A stretch of DNA of 64,000 nt from positions 115,630,001 to 115,694,000 of the forward strand of contig OZ320313.1 of assembly GCA_976226885.1 (NCBI GenBank), in the 5' to 3' direction. The DNA is from Iphione sp. A-MEVVRFRX5. Lineage: Eukaryota. This document shows, in pieces, positions 1 through 14,922 of this stretch (the stretch's first letter is position 1; each line of letters starts with the position of its first letter). A program made the position numbers and the translations under genes. The notes beneath the pieces are model-generated. The model made no database searches and had not been told where the DNA came from. It saw only the letters and a program-made list of their open reading frames with translations.

Positions 1-130
1 TCTCGTCTGCCCCCTGGTCATACCTTTCAGCTTAGTCTCACAGAGTACTAAGAGATTGAAGTTCATACAGTAACATCAATAGAAAATTAAACCGCCTTTA
101 TTTGATCCAATTTCATTATTCGCCACACAA
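1..130 (-). mobile_element. Possible degraded non-LTR endonuclease fragment
   Basis: Minus-strand MNFNLLVLCETKLKG resembles the APE motif LxLxETKLKG; short and flanked by stops. Confidence 0.25.
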
Positions 131-2643
131 CTGACTGCTTTGGGAACACCAGGCCCTCATTAATAGATTCCTTGCAACTGAAGGAAAATACCAGTCTAAT
201 TTCTTCGAAGAAGTCATAGGCATTGAATAACTGCTTCAGAGTGGTAGCATCACATAAACATGCTCTCCACAACAGAAACATTATTTAGTTCATCTTCTTA
301 ATCTTCAGATCAATGATTGGCTTTGAGTTCTTGGCATCACCAAGTGTAGAACCTAGAATGAACCATCCCTAACCTTCTGTAACCTAGCATTTCCCATTTC
401 CAATTCAAAGTAAAAAAGCCAGCTGCCTTTGCAAAGCACACATATTTAGTTTTTCCATCATTTAAGTTTAAACGACTTGCTTTGCACCAAGAATGAATAT
501 TTGATGACGTATGCTATACTTTAAAGGAGAGACCCGAAATAGTATCATCATCTGCATATAAATACAATTCGCGTGGAATTACCCGAGTAGTTATATATTA
601 TCTACTGTGACTTGCCTCACCTGCGATTTGATTCCATTGCAGGTTACTAGCTGAAAATTTAATGTGGCATATAAACGAATTAAGTAGAATACCATCATAA
701 CTGAACATAATCGAACATTAGAGTGTTATAATTGACCACATTGAACGAATTGGAGATGAAAATAGACGTAATATATGTATCATCCATCAAAAATATTCTC
801 AAATAAATCCTTTAGCAATACCCCAAAGTGTTGAGTGTGAAAGGCTGTGATAGGCACTGCTAGTGGGCACCAATCGTTAACTAGTGTAAACCCACTTCTG
901 CTTGGTTCTTGGTTATCAGAAAACATTATTTGTTGATACTATATTATGGTTTCAAAACCTACAAATTTGTTGTCCTAATGACATGCTACCAGTACGACCG
1001 CCCTTCATGCACGTTGCACTCCCGTTTGCACTGATTCCCATTCTCACACAATACTCACCCATCATCTTCCACTCGTCTGACGTCAGGCACGAAAACTAAT
1101 TGCAAACGGTTGATTAACATTAATGTCCCCATCAGGGTGTCGCCGATTGACAGTAGCATACAGACACCAACTTTCATTGCCTCCGAAGAGACATGGTGTG
1201 TGCCTCTGACTGTTATCGACCCCTCCCCTCCTTGCCTCCACATTCCCTCTCCGACACTGCCCCCACCCACCCTGGGAGCTCTCCCCGAGAAGGCGCCACG
1301 GAGGTAGATTATCGAATATAGACGCTGACGGGTATGCCGTGTAATTTGGCGCCTTCTTCTGTTTGATGAAGGCAGGAAAGGACGATATTCGGCGAGATCA
1401 ATATGCAATTACTCGCATACCGTAGGCCTAATTTGGCGACTTTGCTTTTCCTTTTCCGCTTGCGGGGATAATGGTGCATCATAAGGGGCAAAACGCAAGG
1501 GAGACAGCTAAGCCTTCAGCCCTGAAGTCGGTGAAGAATACAGCCCTCTTGGCTTCAAAGTGAACCAAATGTACTTGTCCTCCATACCTGACATTTATCT
1601 AATACAGCGGTTCCGCGGCTTTTACCTAAGCCAATGATTCGCCGGATCGTGGATTGAGAAGACGGAGCTGGGGCGAGACAACAGGTTGTCAACAAAGGTT
1701 TGGTGTAAGCCTGAACAAGATCCCTGTTTGTTATAGGACATTTGTGGTAACGTAGGATAAGCTGTGGATGTTGTGTGTGATTAAGCTGACCCGGAATTGA
1801 TTTTGCCCAGTACACATAACGCCTATGGGCCCCATAATGTTTATTTATTCATGTTAAACGTGTACATGGAAACGGGTGTTTCCTCGTTCACACGTCAATC
1901 GTCCATCGCACCTAAACGAGAGCTTTCACCTAAATGTCCCTCATTGTAGCGACATTGTCGGTGTCGACAGAAACGAGAAAAGCCAGACCGCTTCAATCCC
2001 CATTTTTTTAACACCACCGCGCCACCTCTCCAATATCACCGCAGGCTGTCAGACCCGATGACCAACCCGCCCTGTAGCAGAATATGGGCAAACTGGCTCA
2101 CTGTCAATTACAACCATTAAGAATCGATACAGCTGCTTGTTATTTTATTACCCTGGCCACCGGGAATCTATCATCGCCGTATTCGAAGGGCATTTTACAT
2201 GATAAGTGCGCTCCGGTGGCAGGTTTGGCAGGTAGTTTCCGTTGGCTGGACTCTGTCAAGACCGGAAAGGCAGTCAAGTCCATAGAGCTATGAAGTAAGT
2301 CCAGATGTAAATAACAAATAGGTAGGGTATAAATTGGTTCAATCTTCACACTTTAGGGGTGACCCTCGTTTATCTGCTTTAGATTACCTGGAAATTCAAG
2401 TTCTAAATTTGACTTAATACTGAAAATATTATTGGGTCTTTTGTTAAGCCAAACTTTTGACAAAACGTACATAAAACGTACGATCGCAAATCTGCGCACC
2501 AAGCGATTTCAAGACATCCTATACCTCGCACATATACATGCGATAAAAATATTGGCTGTCCGGGTGCATTTCAGATATTCCTTTTGGTAAAAAGACTTCC
2601 CTCATTCACCCAAAATCATATCTAATTAAACCTGGAAAGGAGG

Positions 2644-2738
2644 ACATGTGGGATAGCAAACTACATTAAATGTATATGATCGCCTCTATCGGAGAACATG
2701 TGGGATAGCAAACTACATTAAATGTATATGATCGCCTC
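2644..2738. repeat. Direct duplication of a 43-bp unit (period 52)
   Basis: ACATGTGGGATAGCAAACTACATTAAATGTATATGATCGCCTC at 2644-2686 and 2696-2738, exact. Confidence 0.95.
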
Positions 2739-3499
2739 GATTTAGAATCGGCCCATCACTTAAAAAATCGATATAAATCATACCCAGTGCACGTACATGT
2801 AAAGAATAAAGACAATTCGATATTTGTTCAGAAAAAATCCAAAATAATTCCAACCATTTTACACTGGGAGAACTTCCTGTACACTCTACCCTGTACCGAA
2901 GATGTGTAATAAAATATTTTCAATTTCTATTTCAATAAAAACTTTCCCTGATGGCAGTTGCAGTCCCCAGGTGATTCCTTTATATGGGATGGTTCTGCCA
3001 TCATATCAATTTGTTTCGAATAAACAACGGATAAATCCAGAAAACAGTAACTTAGGAAGATGGACCATACATTTCTAATCACAAAATGTAATAATCATAT
3101 AGTTTCTCTTAGATGTATATGAATTAAATGATTACGAATTTAGGTCATTTTACTTCTTTCTCCCTATCACATTTGCTCGTGGATACATTTAGTTTGTATG
3201 AAACTGGGGCATCGAGCCACAATCTGTTCTTTCGAGGTAGAAAGGTAACTTTCTTTATTACTTTACACTCAATTATATTTCAACATACCACACATGTAGC
3301 TCTCCAGTAAAATACACGAGATCCATCATAAGAAACATGATACGAAGTTGATTTGAGAATACTAGGTCACTTTTTAGTGTAACAACATAAACTGTATTAC
3401 TAATATTTTTATACTCTTTGATATTATTCCCTAACATATATTCATTATAAAGTAATAACCCAGTTAGTTATAACTATAGGGAAATGTTTTAGATTAGTT

Positions 3500-4900
3500 C
3501 AAAGTCTGACTTATTTATATTTTGAAGGGTGTATCTGGATAGCAATCTTCAATTATTCACGAAGGTATTCTTCCACAAACTAAGAAGTTTATAATTACCT
3601 CAGAAGCTATACATCAAATACTAATTACAAACGTTAACTCGGTCCTCATATAGAGTTAATTAACGAAGTAGATGCAGATACAGATTATATTAAATAAAAC
3701 ATTACATAAAATAGATATTAATTCTAAGTTTACTATTGTCTTTGCCCGCGGTATGGAAACATGTAATCAGTGCATCAATACAATATAGACAACGATTTGC
3801 CTGTACAGATTTGTCAATATAATGAATGCGTTGTTATGTTTGGATATGACTAATTTGGCTGTAGTTAGAACATATAAGTATAGCGGATGTTTTATCAGAG
3901 GCTACTAGCTAATTGGAGCAGGTCAAAGGAGCCACAAACAGATTACACCATTGCAATTTTGATTACAAATGCTGTTTTATGGCCTGATAACAAATAGTGT
4001 CATGATCAAATAACATCATGACAAGATTAAACCATGTTTGTAAGGAAAACCCACAGAAAGAGGGCAAAAGGGATAGAAAGAGGTAGCTATGGAAGTTTAG
4101 ATATACAGGAATGGATATGAATACATTTAGGTGGGAAATTAATGCTTCTGATGGTATTCAGAAAATAATAGGGAAAATGCACAGTACATACCATGATGTT
4201 TAGGGAAACCCATGAAAATGCCAAGTTGCTGCAATTTTCAAAGGATTTCATGAAACGGCAAGGATTTACAGGAGATGAGAGGGTTAGGGCGATGTCGTTA
4301 TGAAGTAAGACAACAAAGCAATAAATTGGTGATAGAGCCAAGGGATTGTGGTGCAGTATGGTTGTGGTACAATCTGGTGGCATATTTCTAACTTGGCATG
4401 ATCTGGTTAATCATATTATTCATTCATCATCCTGGAAATTCATGCCCTGTTCACCAACCATGTTATTCAAACTCCAATTTTGCATTTTTAACTCGCCAAA
4501 GCTGTGTCATTACAAAGCTGTGTCATTACAAATGATAGGCAAGGTCTTATTTTGGGCATATATATCAATGGAATGCCCCTGGAATTGGCCAGTGTGATAA
4601 ACCACACTTACACTATACTATAAGAATTATGCCGAGATTCAACGTATTGGAAACCCATCCACCACAGCAGCATCAGTTGGTTACTAGACCACGTAGATTC
4701 CCCAATCCAGATCCAAGAGATTAGAATTAGGATATCTTGGGAATTGCCTAGCCCTAGCTGTTAATATATTTTAATGAATGAACGAATGATTAGAGGTTTA
4801 TTCACTTCTCAAGTTCATTGTGAACAAGAGGTCATCCAGTGAAATTGACAAATATTGATTAGAAAACACGAAAAGACGTGGAAAATACATAAGAAGACAA
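3500..4900 (+). mobile_element. Highly degraded CR1/L2-like LINE 3' portion
   Basis: TRGHPVKL at about 4823-4846 (CR1-type TRGH motif), plus faint RT-like residues upstream; many stops; boundaries approximate. Confidence 0.35.
4499..4532. repeat. 16-bp tandem duplication
   Basis: AAGCTGTGTCATTACA repeated twice. Confidence 0.85.
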
Positions 4901-5004
4901 AAACTTGCGAGGGTATACCAAAGACATGTACACAACACTCAACTCCCATTGTTATGCAGACATCATTAAGGTCCTACTTGCGATACATTTGGTTCTTGAA
5001 TGTC

Positions 5005-5340
5005 CTAACAGCCTCTCTGATTAGCTGGTAGACTGTTCCACCTGTGGACGCTCATGTACCAAAAACACCGTTGAGCCTTGGACAATTTTGCTTTATATGG
5101 AGGTAACACTGGCCCCATACTCCTTCTAGATATCCTTCTTCTAGACAAGTGCTTACATATCCCTAGACACACCAGATTATGAACAAGCAACAGACCCTTA
5201 TCCATTTCCCTGTCATACAGATGCTTGATACTTAAGTGGCTTCTAAATGCCTTATCTAACTTTCGGGATCTCCTTGAACACAAGACAACTAATTTCAAAA
5301 GATTGTTGTACTCTATTTACGGACTTGAGATCAACTTCTT
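5005..5340 (-). mobile_element. 5'-truncated non-LTR retrotransposon C-terminal remnant
   Basis: ...YKAKLSKAQRCFWYMSVHRWNSLPA matches the F...WNSLP ORF2 C-terminal pattern of CR1/L2-type LINEs. Confidence 0.5.
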
Positions 5341-8300
5341 ACCAACATCAACAGCCAAAAACAATCCGTAATCAAGAAAAGGGTCGATGAAGGCCCTGAA
5401 CGATATTTGCTCTAATCAATGAGTTTATTACGAGATTGAATTATTCCTAATGTGACGTCTGTATTCGAGAATCCAATTATTCTAACGGATATTACTAAAT
5501 CTATAGACTGTATTCGAATTAAAGGTGATTCCTAACATTTTCAGTTGCTTAAGCTGAACTGAATATATTGTAAAGTGGCATTTATATTAGTGAAGTGCTG
5601 GGGGGTTGTGGTCGATTTATCAGCAATCTTTGGTGGATTTATCTACCCTAAGAATATACATTGATATCCCTAACTCTAAGCACGCCCTTTACTGTGTTTT
5701 GGATTGAATAACTGCAAACATCAAGGAGGGAAAGAGAAACAGAATAAAATAGTTAACAATAAGTTGACATACCTCGGCATATATCGACCCCGAGGAAGTG
5801 ATGATCTAATACAAAGTGTTATGAAGACTATCAAAGGAATTTAGGTCAAAACTTACCACTTAGTTCCCGCTAAAAAGCGTTTTATATGTATATAATAAGA
5901 GATTATGTGTTGTAGTTAACAGAAGGCTTGCATTTATGAGCAGCCCCATCTATTCATGATCTAGTTGAGTGAATCGTGTAAATAAAAAATACATTTGAAA
6001 TGAAAAAAAAACGATAGAACACTCATTCCTAGATGTTGTCTCCAACAGCAATCAGCGCCTGGCAATACGTTGTCGTTTATGGGAAAATGTGATGAAGTCA
6101 CGCACTCCTCCTTGTATGAGCAAGGTAAATGACCTTTGGCGGCGGCTCCCAGTCCACAAAGCAACAGCTGTTATTGGCCTCAGATGCAACTGGCTATGGA
6201 CCAGTTCGTCTCACGATGAGAGAGATAGCCAAGGACTCAATGACACGTAGCCATCCTGTTTCCTATCCATGTGTCCAGGTATCTCTTCTTAGGTTCAGCT
6301 CCCTTCTCTAAATACTTGCTAAGAAACCCATTACTGGTTGATAAGCACATCCCTATGAAGTAACGTGTATACGTATGTCTCCTTGGCCACTTTGTGTAAC
6401 TTTTGGTTCACACTCGGCAGTACATCATTTAGGTTCCATGTTGTGGAAGTGACACCGAAAACTAAAATTATGGATGTACTTCACAAAGTGTTTGCTCCTT
6501 GGCACATAGAATTTCAAGTGATGGGGGTTCGTGGGGAAGTACTCCTCTCTTGCACACACAACAAACTTTCATTCTGTTTAAAAACATTTCACAATAATTC
6601 TCAAGATAATTTTTGTTGTCTTTTCCGTATTACTGCCAATGTAGTTGGTGGCCATGCATTCAACATACAGTAAAACAGCCTTTGTAAAAGAACAGTCATG
6701 GAGTTACATCTAGGAGAAAAAATGTCAGACTCACAGCACTGTCCTCCCCTCACGTCGGTATGGTGCAACGTCCTCATGCGCATTTAAGTCTCTCAGGTGT
6801 TGGGGTGGTGTTTTTAGAATTGATTAGCACATTGATTGTGTTTTATTGTCTCCCCCTTTTTTTATCCATTCTCACAGTTGGTGTTCCAGTCCTAGTAAGT
6901 GTTTGTTGTACTGGCCTTGCGTGCGGCCGTCAGTTCGAGAACCCCAACTTAGACCAGCAGTGTTATTGTTCAATGAGAGAATTGAATATCCATTTTATAA
7001 ATCATTCAGAGTAGAATTAGGGACTCGCGTGCGAGCGCCGCGCAGAGGGAGAACGTGTCATTTGAATGTCGGTGCGGCTTGTAAAACACGGAGGAAGGTG
7101 CTCTGCTTATTGGTTCGTATGTTAGACGATCGGAGGTATGCCAAAGGAATTTCTTTATTATGCGTGGCCTTATGAATTTGTTTTTTTGTTTTAGAATTCA
7201 TTATTCAATAAAAGAAGCCTAAATCATTACAGTCTTTGAAAGAAAGACAATTGTTCATTTGCTAAAGTCATTTTCTAATCATAGACTGTCGTTTGCCAAA
7301 GGTAAGAAGACGCTGCAAATAGATGATTGAAAATACGTATGCAAGTTCAACGACACACAAACACACAACGGGCAACTCTGTGGTGTACTGTCGCCATGGG
7401 TAGTCTTTTCTGTACAGCCAGGCCCGTAACTAGCCCTCTTAAATTCCCAATGGATTTTCTCTCAGTCTAAATGGCGCACTAGGACACAGAGCTTTATTTG
7501 AAAATTGGGTTTATTTTCGAAGTAATTGTGTTTTATTCTTGAGAACGGTTCTATTGGTAACATTATTATATAATCTTGTTTACTCTAACAGTATGAACAG
7601 ATTCTGACATGAAAGTTCTGGTATGATTGACATTTTATAGCAAAACAGCTACATTCAAGCAGTGCTCCGTGACTAAACGCAGCACTCTCTAGCATTTGAT
7701 GATTAAATCTTCAGTATATAACCATCTCCTTTGCTTTGGTGTCCCAGAAGCATATTTTGGCATCTTTCGTGCGTTGCTTATAGACTGGAACTTATCTCTG
7801 TCCACGACGCTGAGACTAATTGATAAACAGATTAGGTTGCTTGACGGTTGTCGCTTGAGGTCCAGTCTCTTGGGGTTTCCTTGTATGTACAGAAAGCGGT
7901 AGGGCAAAAAAAGTAAAAAGGTCTTTTTTTAGATTTTTTTTTCTCTTCCTCCCAAACTCAGGAAAGTATACAGCTGGCGCGGCGGCATCACCCCAATCTA
8001 AAGACAGCGCTCTCCCCGCCAGCCTTTTCAGGAACTGCTTATCGGGAGCATCCCGCAAAAAAAATCTTTGATGGGAAGAAGAGAGTAAAAGAAATCATTG
8101 CGGGAAGACCTATGTCTCTGTCTGGGCATTAGGGGGAAACTCGGCCCCATATTGTCTGCGTCCTTGTCTAGCCAATTTAAAATCTCATCTTCGCTCGTCC
8201 ATGGTTATGCTGCAATTTTTCGTCGAGTGTAAAATGCCTCCCGAGGCGGGACTGATTCGACGATTACGGGCTCGCCATCTTTACTTCAGGTCGCCTGTGT

Positions 8301-11300
8301 AGTGATGAGACTATCTTGTTACTTTTCTTCTTTTCCACTTTAGACTCCAAGCATCGGGAAATAGTATTTTATGAGCCCATTGACGTGGTCACAGTTGTGT
8401 GTAACACATTTTGTGGAATACGAAGTAATCTCCTGTTTTTGATTTTTAAAAAAAGCCTGCATGTGATTATACCGGTTTGTTTTCCCCGAAGGAGTAGCAC
8501 ATACCGCCTTATCCTCATGCAAATTACACATGCGACTCTACTCCCCATTGCTAGTGTTGCCTCGTGTTTATAAACACGTAATGGATTTTTCAAGTCGGAG
8601 CCCCTTGTGATTAACAGTAAGATCTACTTGGTGTAATTATCAGTCTAAATGAGTGGCCCGGTAGTGTGGACCGTAATCTTTCATTTCTGATTTAAATTGC
8701 AGGGATAGAATGCCGGACTTTACCAGCTGATTGCGATCTCTTTTTTATTGTAGAGAAGCAAGGACTTTTGAGTTCCAATCCCCGTTGTTTTTTTACACTA
8801 AATACAGATATATACAGTGAAGGAAGTTAGATTGAGTCTCGTGCTGGAGCCTCATTTATAGGCACATATGTGAGTCCGATTTATTTCTCCCTCGGTCTCC
8901 AATTTCCAGACAGGATGCAAGTTGGCACTGTTCACGAAGGTGTCCAAAGACTGCGAGTAGCCGGCCAATCCCCTACCTGTCCAGGCACAAGACGTCCTAA
9001 TGAAACGTGTTTTTTTTTTTTTACTCTTTCTTAAAGATAGACATGTCTACCAAGAGGCAGCGGTGTAAACCACAAAGCCCAGCACACGAACTATACTAAC
9101 ACGACCATTACTACCAATACCTCCGGCAGCGCCACCGCATTCGCTCGGCCAACATTCCCTTCTAACCTACTGGTCATCCTCAGGGGCCTGCCCGAGGATA
9201 AAAGAGGAATGAGGGTCAAGGAAAGCGATCATGTCGCTCCCACAGCGAATGAACGTTGTGGTTGGCGCCTCATTTCGCCGCATTTCTCTGGCCCTCCCTC
9301 TCATTGCCTTTGATCTATGATCACGTGTCATTCCCTGCCTGCGCCACGCTGAATTTGTCCCGATTATCGCTCGGCCATCTACGTTCATAGCCTCAGACTA
9401 GGAGCAGGAATCAAACCGGCTTTCTTGGGAGCGGCCCTTGCTGGGCCCATAATACCCTGTGGACATGCCATTCGTGAGAATCACGACGCCCTGAATCTAC
9501 CTCATTCTTGCCACACTCAAGAAGTAGTTAGGTATAACCCCTTCCTTCCTGCGAGGTACTACTCTCTGCGTCTCATACCAAATCAACCTGATCTAATTTT
9601 CCTCCACTGACCATGGTTTACTTATTGGAATGTCAATATTGGGGATGCCAGTCCTCACGCATTCCGCTCACAAGTTGCCACAAAAGCCACAACTCACTGT
9701 GCTTGCTGCTACTCTATTCATCAGGGCCCCCACAACCCACCTCCACCCTCCCCGTACATTTTGCCCACGCACACCATGTGTCCCAACATTTTCAATGTGG
9801 AGCCTACGCATTTTATACGAACAAGAGACCCTAGGAAAGAAGTCAAACACAGATTACAAATAAGGCCCATAGGTTGGTCAGCGGGAAGTGCCGTAACACA
9901 CTGCCTTCAGGTGGACGAAAGGGGCCCCATTAAGGCTTATTTGGGCGCAATGTGCCTGGTCCCGCCCCTCATAAAACCCACAAAAGCACATCTAGACATG
10001 CTGCGATCTGGCGGTTCTTTCCGGTGGCATGTTGTGGACCTGACACAACGTTGCCGGCCGGACCACTATCTAATAGGACGTGAAGGTTGTGCTTAATAGG
10101 TGGCTTGTCAGACCAAATATCCGCACGGCTCGCAGGCAGCGGAGAAGGACAGATCAATGAACCTGGCGACTAAGAGGGTCACTGACAATCAAGTGGCGCG
10201 CTGTCGGGGTAGGTGTGCTTCCTTCTCCCCGCCTTGGCGATGTAGGTGGATCGATGAGGCGAACACAAGAAGTGTTTTACGCGTCTAATATGTCCAGCTC
10301 GACGGCTTCCATCAGGCCGCACCATGCTTAAGCAGCGGATGATCCCGAGAGAAGAGGCATCGAATCTCAGTCTCCCGTCTGTCCAACATCAGGCACACAG
10401 TAACTACTGGGTAAAACGTGGTCCCCTTTTTGATATGCTTGCCATGCTACGCCAGGCCGACATGAACCGGTCAAGACCTTGACTGATAATGATAAAGGTC
10501 TCATTATTTATCTCTACTTTGTCTACAATTTATGTGGTTAAGACCCGTCCCTTGTTTAATGATAACGATATACATTATTCATCTGTATTTTCCTATTAGA
10601 TGAACTGTCCTGTAAAGCAACCGATATTAAGCTCGGTTGATTATTTTTCCTCTTCAAAACTGATAATACGATTTACTATTGCATAAATTCTTCCTCCTCT
10701 TCTCCCTCGCAGGTGTTAAAATATTCTAGTCGATGTAGGCATATAACTGCAAAAGGGAAACCTTTCGTCATGATGAGCGGAAACGATTTACCTTCGATTA
10801 GAGCACTGGATTTTTCACGTTCCCAATGAATAACATTGGTAAAATATGATACATGTGTATACTGAAGAAAAGCAAAGTCTCATTTTGACATTTATTGCAA
10901 TGTAGGCACTATGCCAAGCAGGCTTATAAATAGCTAGGGCTCCGCGATATGAGGGGGAGAGAAGAGGAAAGGAGGGAAACAGCAAGAGAGGAAGAGACGG
11001 ATAGTCATTGGAGGGAGAGTATGACGGAAAGATATAGTTCTGAAAAGAAACGTCGGAGTTGGGGTATGGAATAGGGGATATGGAGACTGGTGATGAAGGG
11101 AAGAGAGGGACTTACAGTCAAATAAAATAATACCACAAAATAGGCCACGTAAGAACCATCATGGGTTACAACTTTTATTCTATCAAAAATCTCCCCTGGA
11201 GGCTGCTAATTCTCTTTCTACGCAATCCACGAGTAGTTTCATTCAAGATAACAAGTGGTTCATGAAAGTCTGTGTTTCCCTCTGCCACTCTTTTCATTCT

Positions 11301-14300
11301 CTAATTGGTAATTGTTAAGTACCAAAGGGGTCCGAAGGTATAAGGAAAACGGTAAAATGCAACAAATGAAATATATTGGAAAAGACCAATATGATCATTT
11401 AGTTACACCACAGATTTGTTGAATTTACAGATTTTAATGTTCATTTACAGGGTAATGCTTTGTGGGATTTGGTGCCATCAAACTGTGAAACACATTTGTG
11501 AACTTGTGAGCATCCTTCATCTGAATGCATTGTTCACTTCAAATGTATTCATGAATAGACGGGGCAGTGGACTACCATACCGCTTTTACCTATGGTGTAT
11601 AACACTCGAAGACTTGTCCGGTATACTTTGCAGAAACCGAATAATAGAAACTTATTCAGTTAAAGTATGAGGTAGATTTCAAACAATTTTAATATCATTA
11701 CAGTTTTATGTGTAACTGTCAAAGATATTCATCCTCACTTTGATCTCACTAGATTTTTTAGCAAGTTACTACATGTATTCACATTTTCGAACACGCCTTT
11801 ATATATACATGTATTATAGTATTTCATGATAACCTTAGCGCTGTATCATCAAAGGTGACTTAGCTCTCCGAAAATCAGTTCTAATTCACCGACATATTAG
11901 TTCAATAGTACGACGGCATGGAAATTGATAGATTATTCTATCCACAAGAGTAAGTACGGAAATTACAGAAGTGCTGAGTTTATGAAATTAAAATTAAACA
12001 TAGACCTGCATATCTGAAAGTACAAAGACAAAGAAAAGCAAGAATGAGAACCATAACTGAAGCGGATAAAACTGGGAAGGACAGGGTGGAAGGGAAAGAA
12101 GGGGTTTTTGATAGGTGTTTTCACCGTCCTGGAAGATTGGTTGTTCCGGTAAAAGCCATTGGCTGGTTAAATGTGTTCGAATGTACTATTCTTGTGTGGT
12201 GGGATGGCATTCGTAAATATGCTTGTCCTCCTGTTTAGTTGATGGGCTGCTGGTCGCTTGGTTGTGTTCAGTGTCTATCAGCTTCGGCAATTTATGTTAT
12301 ATACTTTTTGCTATTACCTTTTCACCAAGATATCTTATCATGCGGCATGGGACACTTGTTTAATTAAGGTACCTAAATTATTCCATCGATTTGGATTGTG
12401 GATTACCATTAACTATAGAATTGTGTTCCAAAAAGTAACACATATAGACTGTTAGCCACAGTGAACACCTTGCTGAGCCCTCAAAGTTTTCATTCACTAC
12501 ATTGAAATCTACATGTACATGTAATGGATTGCGTCTGCTGTATCAGCCTCGTCACTAACTTCCCTTTTTTCATTACTTGGTGTCAGATCGCTCTGTGTAC
12601 TTCAGCGATGAGTAATATATAGTAATATAGTGAATAACAATGAACATTCGCCCAGGTCTAGTTTTCACCATCGGATATACAATGTATGTACACCAAATAT
12701 GAAACTGTACTTGTATCAATAAAAGAGATGGACAAAATAACATACAAGGAGTGAACGCATTGTGCAAAAAGCATTCCTATGTTACCACATGTATGTTGGA
12801 TGGGAAATAAAAGAACGTGGCAGCAGAAAGTACCTTTACAAAACCATACTTAAAATTACCCAACATACCTGTACTACACATGCAGGTATACCATGTCCCT
12901 CATATCTATGTGTAAGGCCCAGTTTCCATACATGTGGTGGTCTGCATGTGCATTGACATGTGTTGACCTGCATCAGTAACAGTATATAGGGAAAGAGTGA
13001 CATCGTTTCTATACCTGTGGGGGCTGTCTGTGTGCGTTGCCATGACATTGTGTTTGCTCGTTTTCGGGCCATGACTGTAAATTTGCCACACACGGACACC
13101 AATGCAGACAAATGCACTGCCATTTCTTCATATTTACTTACATTTCTTCACTTTTGAAGGTGATTACTGCATTTCTGCACATGTATGTCCTCTTCCACAC
13201 CTTTTCCAGTTATTTTTGCGTTTTTTGGCATATTTTCCATGAAAAAAGGCTATTTGGGGGCTGATTTTCCATGTAATTTGCTGTTTTAGGGGCATTTTTG
13301 TTGTCTTCATATTTTCCAGTCATAAAATGCACTGGTCCACACTGGCACACACTGGTTGTCAAAAGACACCCCTGTGTGGGAGGGTGCAGGAGACTGGGGG
13401 AAAGAAAACAATGAATGGTGATGCACACCAACAGCTCACACACTCTCCTGGACATCGCCGCATGTATGGAAATCAGGCCCAAGGCTAGTGTATACCACAT
13501 ATTGTGTAGTAAATATGTAACAGTATCCTTCTGTTTGCAACAAGTGCAAAGCTTTAAAACAAATGTACGGGAAAGCAGGATGGAATGAAAACTAGAATCC
13601 ACATGTGGCTTTTCTATAGCATGTATTTAGTCAACTGCACCCTGTGTACCTTTTGGTTTCCTACGTTTCATCCAAACGCATACAGATTGCTTGGTAGTCT
13701 CATCTTCATACAAAATATGCCTTTTTAGCAATGTGAGCACAGTATGAAAGAGATGTACCTTTAAGATTATTTTTATGTTCATGGTTAGGATTAGGAGTAG
13801 TTACAGTATGCCTGTTAGTGTTACATTGTGAAGATACTGGAGCAAAACCCATGGAAAATCCATGCACACCATGTTCATGCATATGAGCTCAGCTTAACTG
13901 TGAATGAGTACCTAGCTCATATGGCCCTCACTCAATGAGGTTTTGTTATGATTACACTACCTATATAAGACATTGTTTGAAAGTAGCTCTGCCATGGGGA
14001 GAAGATCTCACCCAGATGAGATTTTAAGATATGGAAATTACTTTTCATTTTTACTCATATGTACAGTCAGAATATTGCAAAGAAGACATGTTACTTGCAC
14101 TTTATCAAGATTAATACCATTTAAAGTAGAAACAGAATTTTACACTGGACTATTTTCTTCAGCTTGGAGTAGTAACACAACAATAATCTTGACCTTGTAA
14201 ACAAAGGCCTCCACTTCCCTACTACCCCTGTGTATGTGCATGTGTATGGCAGTCTGTACTTTGACCCCTCCACCCCACCCCACCCCAAACCTTAACCAGT

Positions 14301-14808
14301 GCAGATGCCAAAGGGACTTGTTTATAAGATTGCAGATAATATGATGGAAAGATAACATACCCAATAATCAGTTTTTTAGTTCAAAATGCAACTAAACCCA
14401 CACATTTATGAAAATCTATTGCCAACTCAATCATTGCCAAGCTTGAAGATTCATAAATTGGACCTTAGAGTATTGACATATAAATAGGCTTTATGTAGCT
14501 ATAACCCTTTTGTTAAGATGCGTATTGTCACATCCAACACATAAGGTATATGAGGCAACGGTATGTTTTTGTAAGGGCTACATTTTTTAGTGCACTTCTA
14601 AAAAGACTCACAGACATGTATTCCCGTGAAGAGAGTCCTCTTCACAAGCCTCTCCGACAGCAACTTTGACATTCCAGCTATGATTGCTAATTTCTTATCG
14701 AGACCTGCTTGAAATGCAAACAAATATGCCACGTCGTATGATATCTATTATAGCACTCCTATTACGTTGGATATGGAAACACTGAGATGTTGTTGATGCG
14801 TCTTCAGT

Positions 14809-14922
14809 TCAATTCTGCCGTGGTACGAAGGCAAGTCTTGCCGGCCTGTCAGGAGTCATTACTGTCTTCAACACAGGTTCAGGAACGGGTGCCAGCAACC
14901 GCACTTTGAAATGTTGCACCAA
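14809..14922 (-). CDS. CYP10: CYP10 exon 11 (LVQHFKVRLLAPVPEPVLKTVMTPDRPARLAFVPRQN*)
   Basis: CAG acceptor; TPDRP C-terminal motif; TGA stop at 14809-14811. Confidence 0.93.
   Translation of the reverse strand: MVQHFKVRLLAPVPEPVLKTVMTPDRPARLAFVPRQN

Noticed and set aside
5371-5405. Penelope-like hammerhead-shaped motif (TCAAGAAA-AGGGTC-loop-GGCCCT-GAAC)
   Set aside because: A stem II-like hairpin is present, but both catalytic core segments (CUGANGA and GAAA) are broken and I found no stems I/III.
12544-13397. Possible hAT-like non-autonomous element (CAGTCTCC end, CAGTGT subterminal repeats)
   Set aside because: The candidate left terminus matches poorly and there is no 8-bp target-site duplication.
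13880-14645. Short perfect hairpins (10 bp at 13880-13923, 8 bp at 14626-14645; also 11 bp at 31920-31953)
   Set aside because: Stems of this length are expected by chance in 64 kb and have no supporting context.
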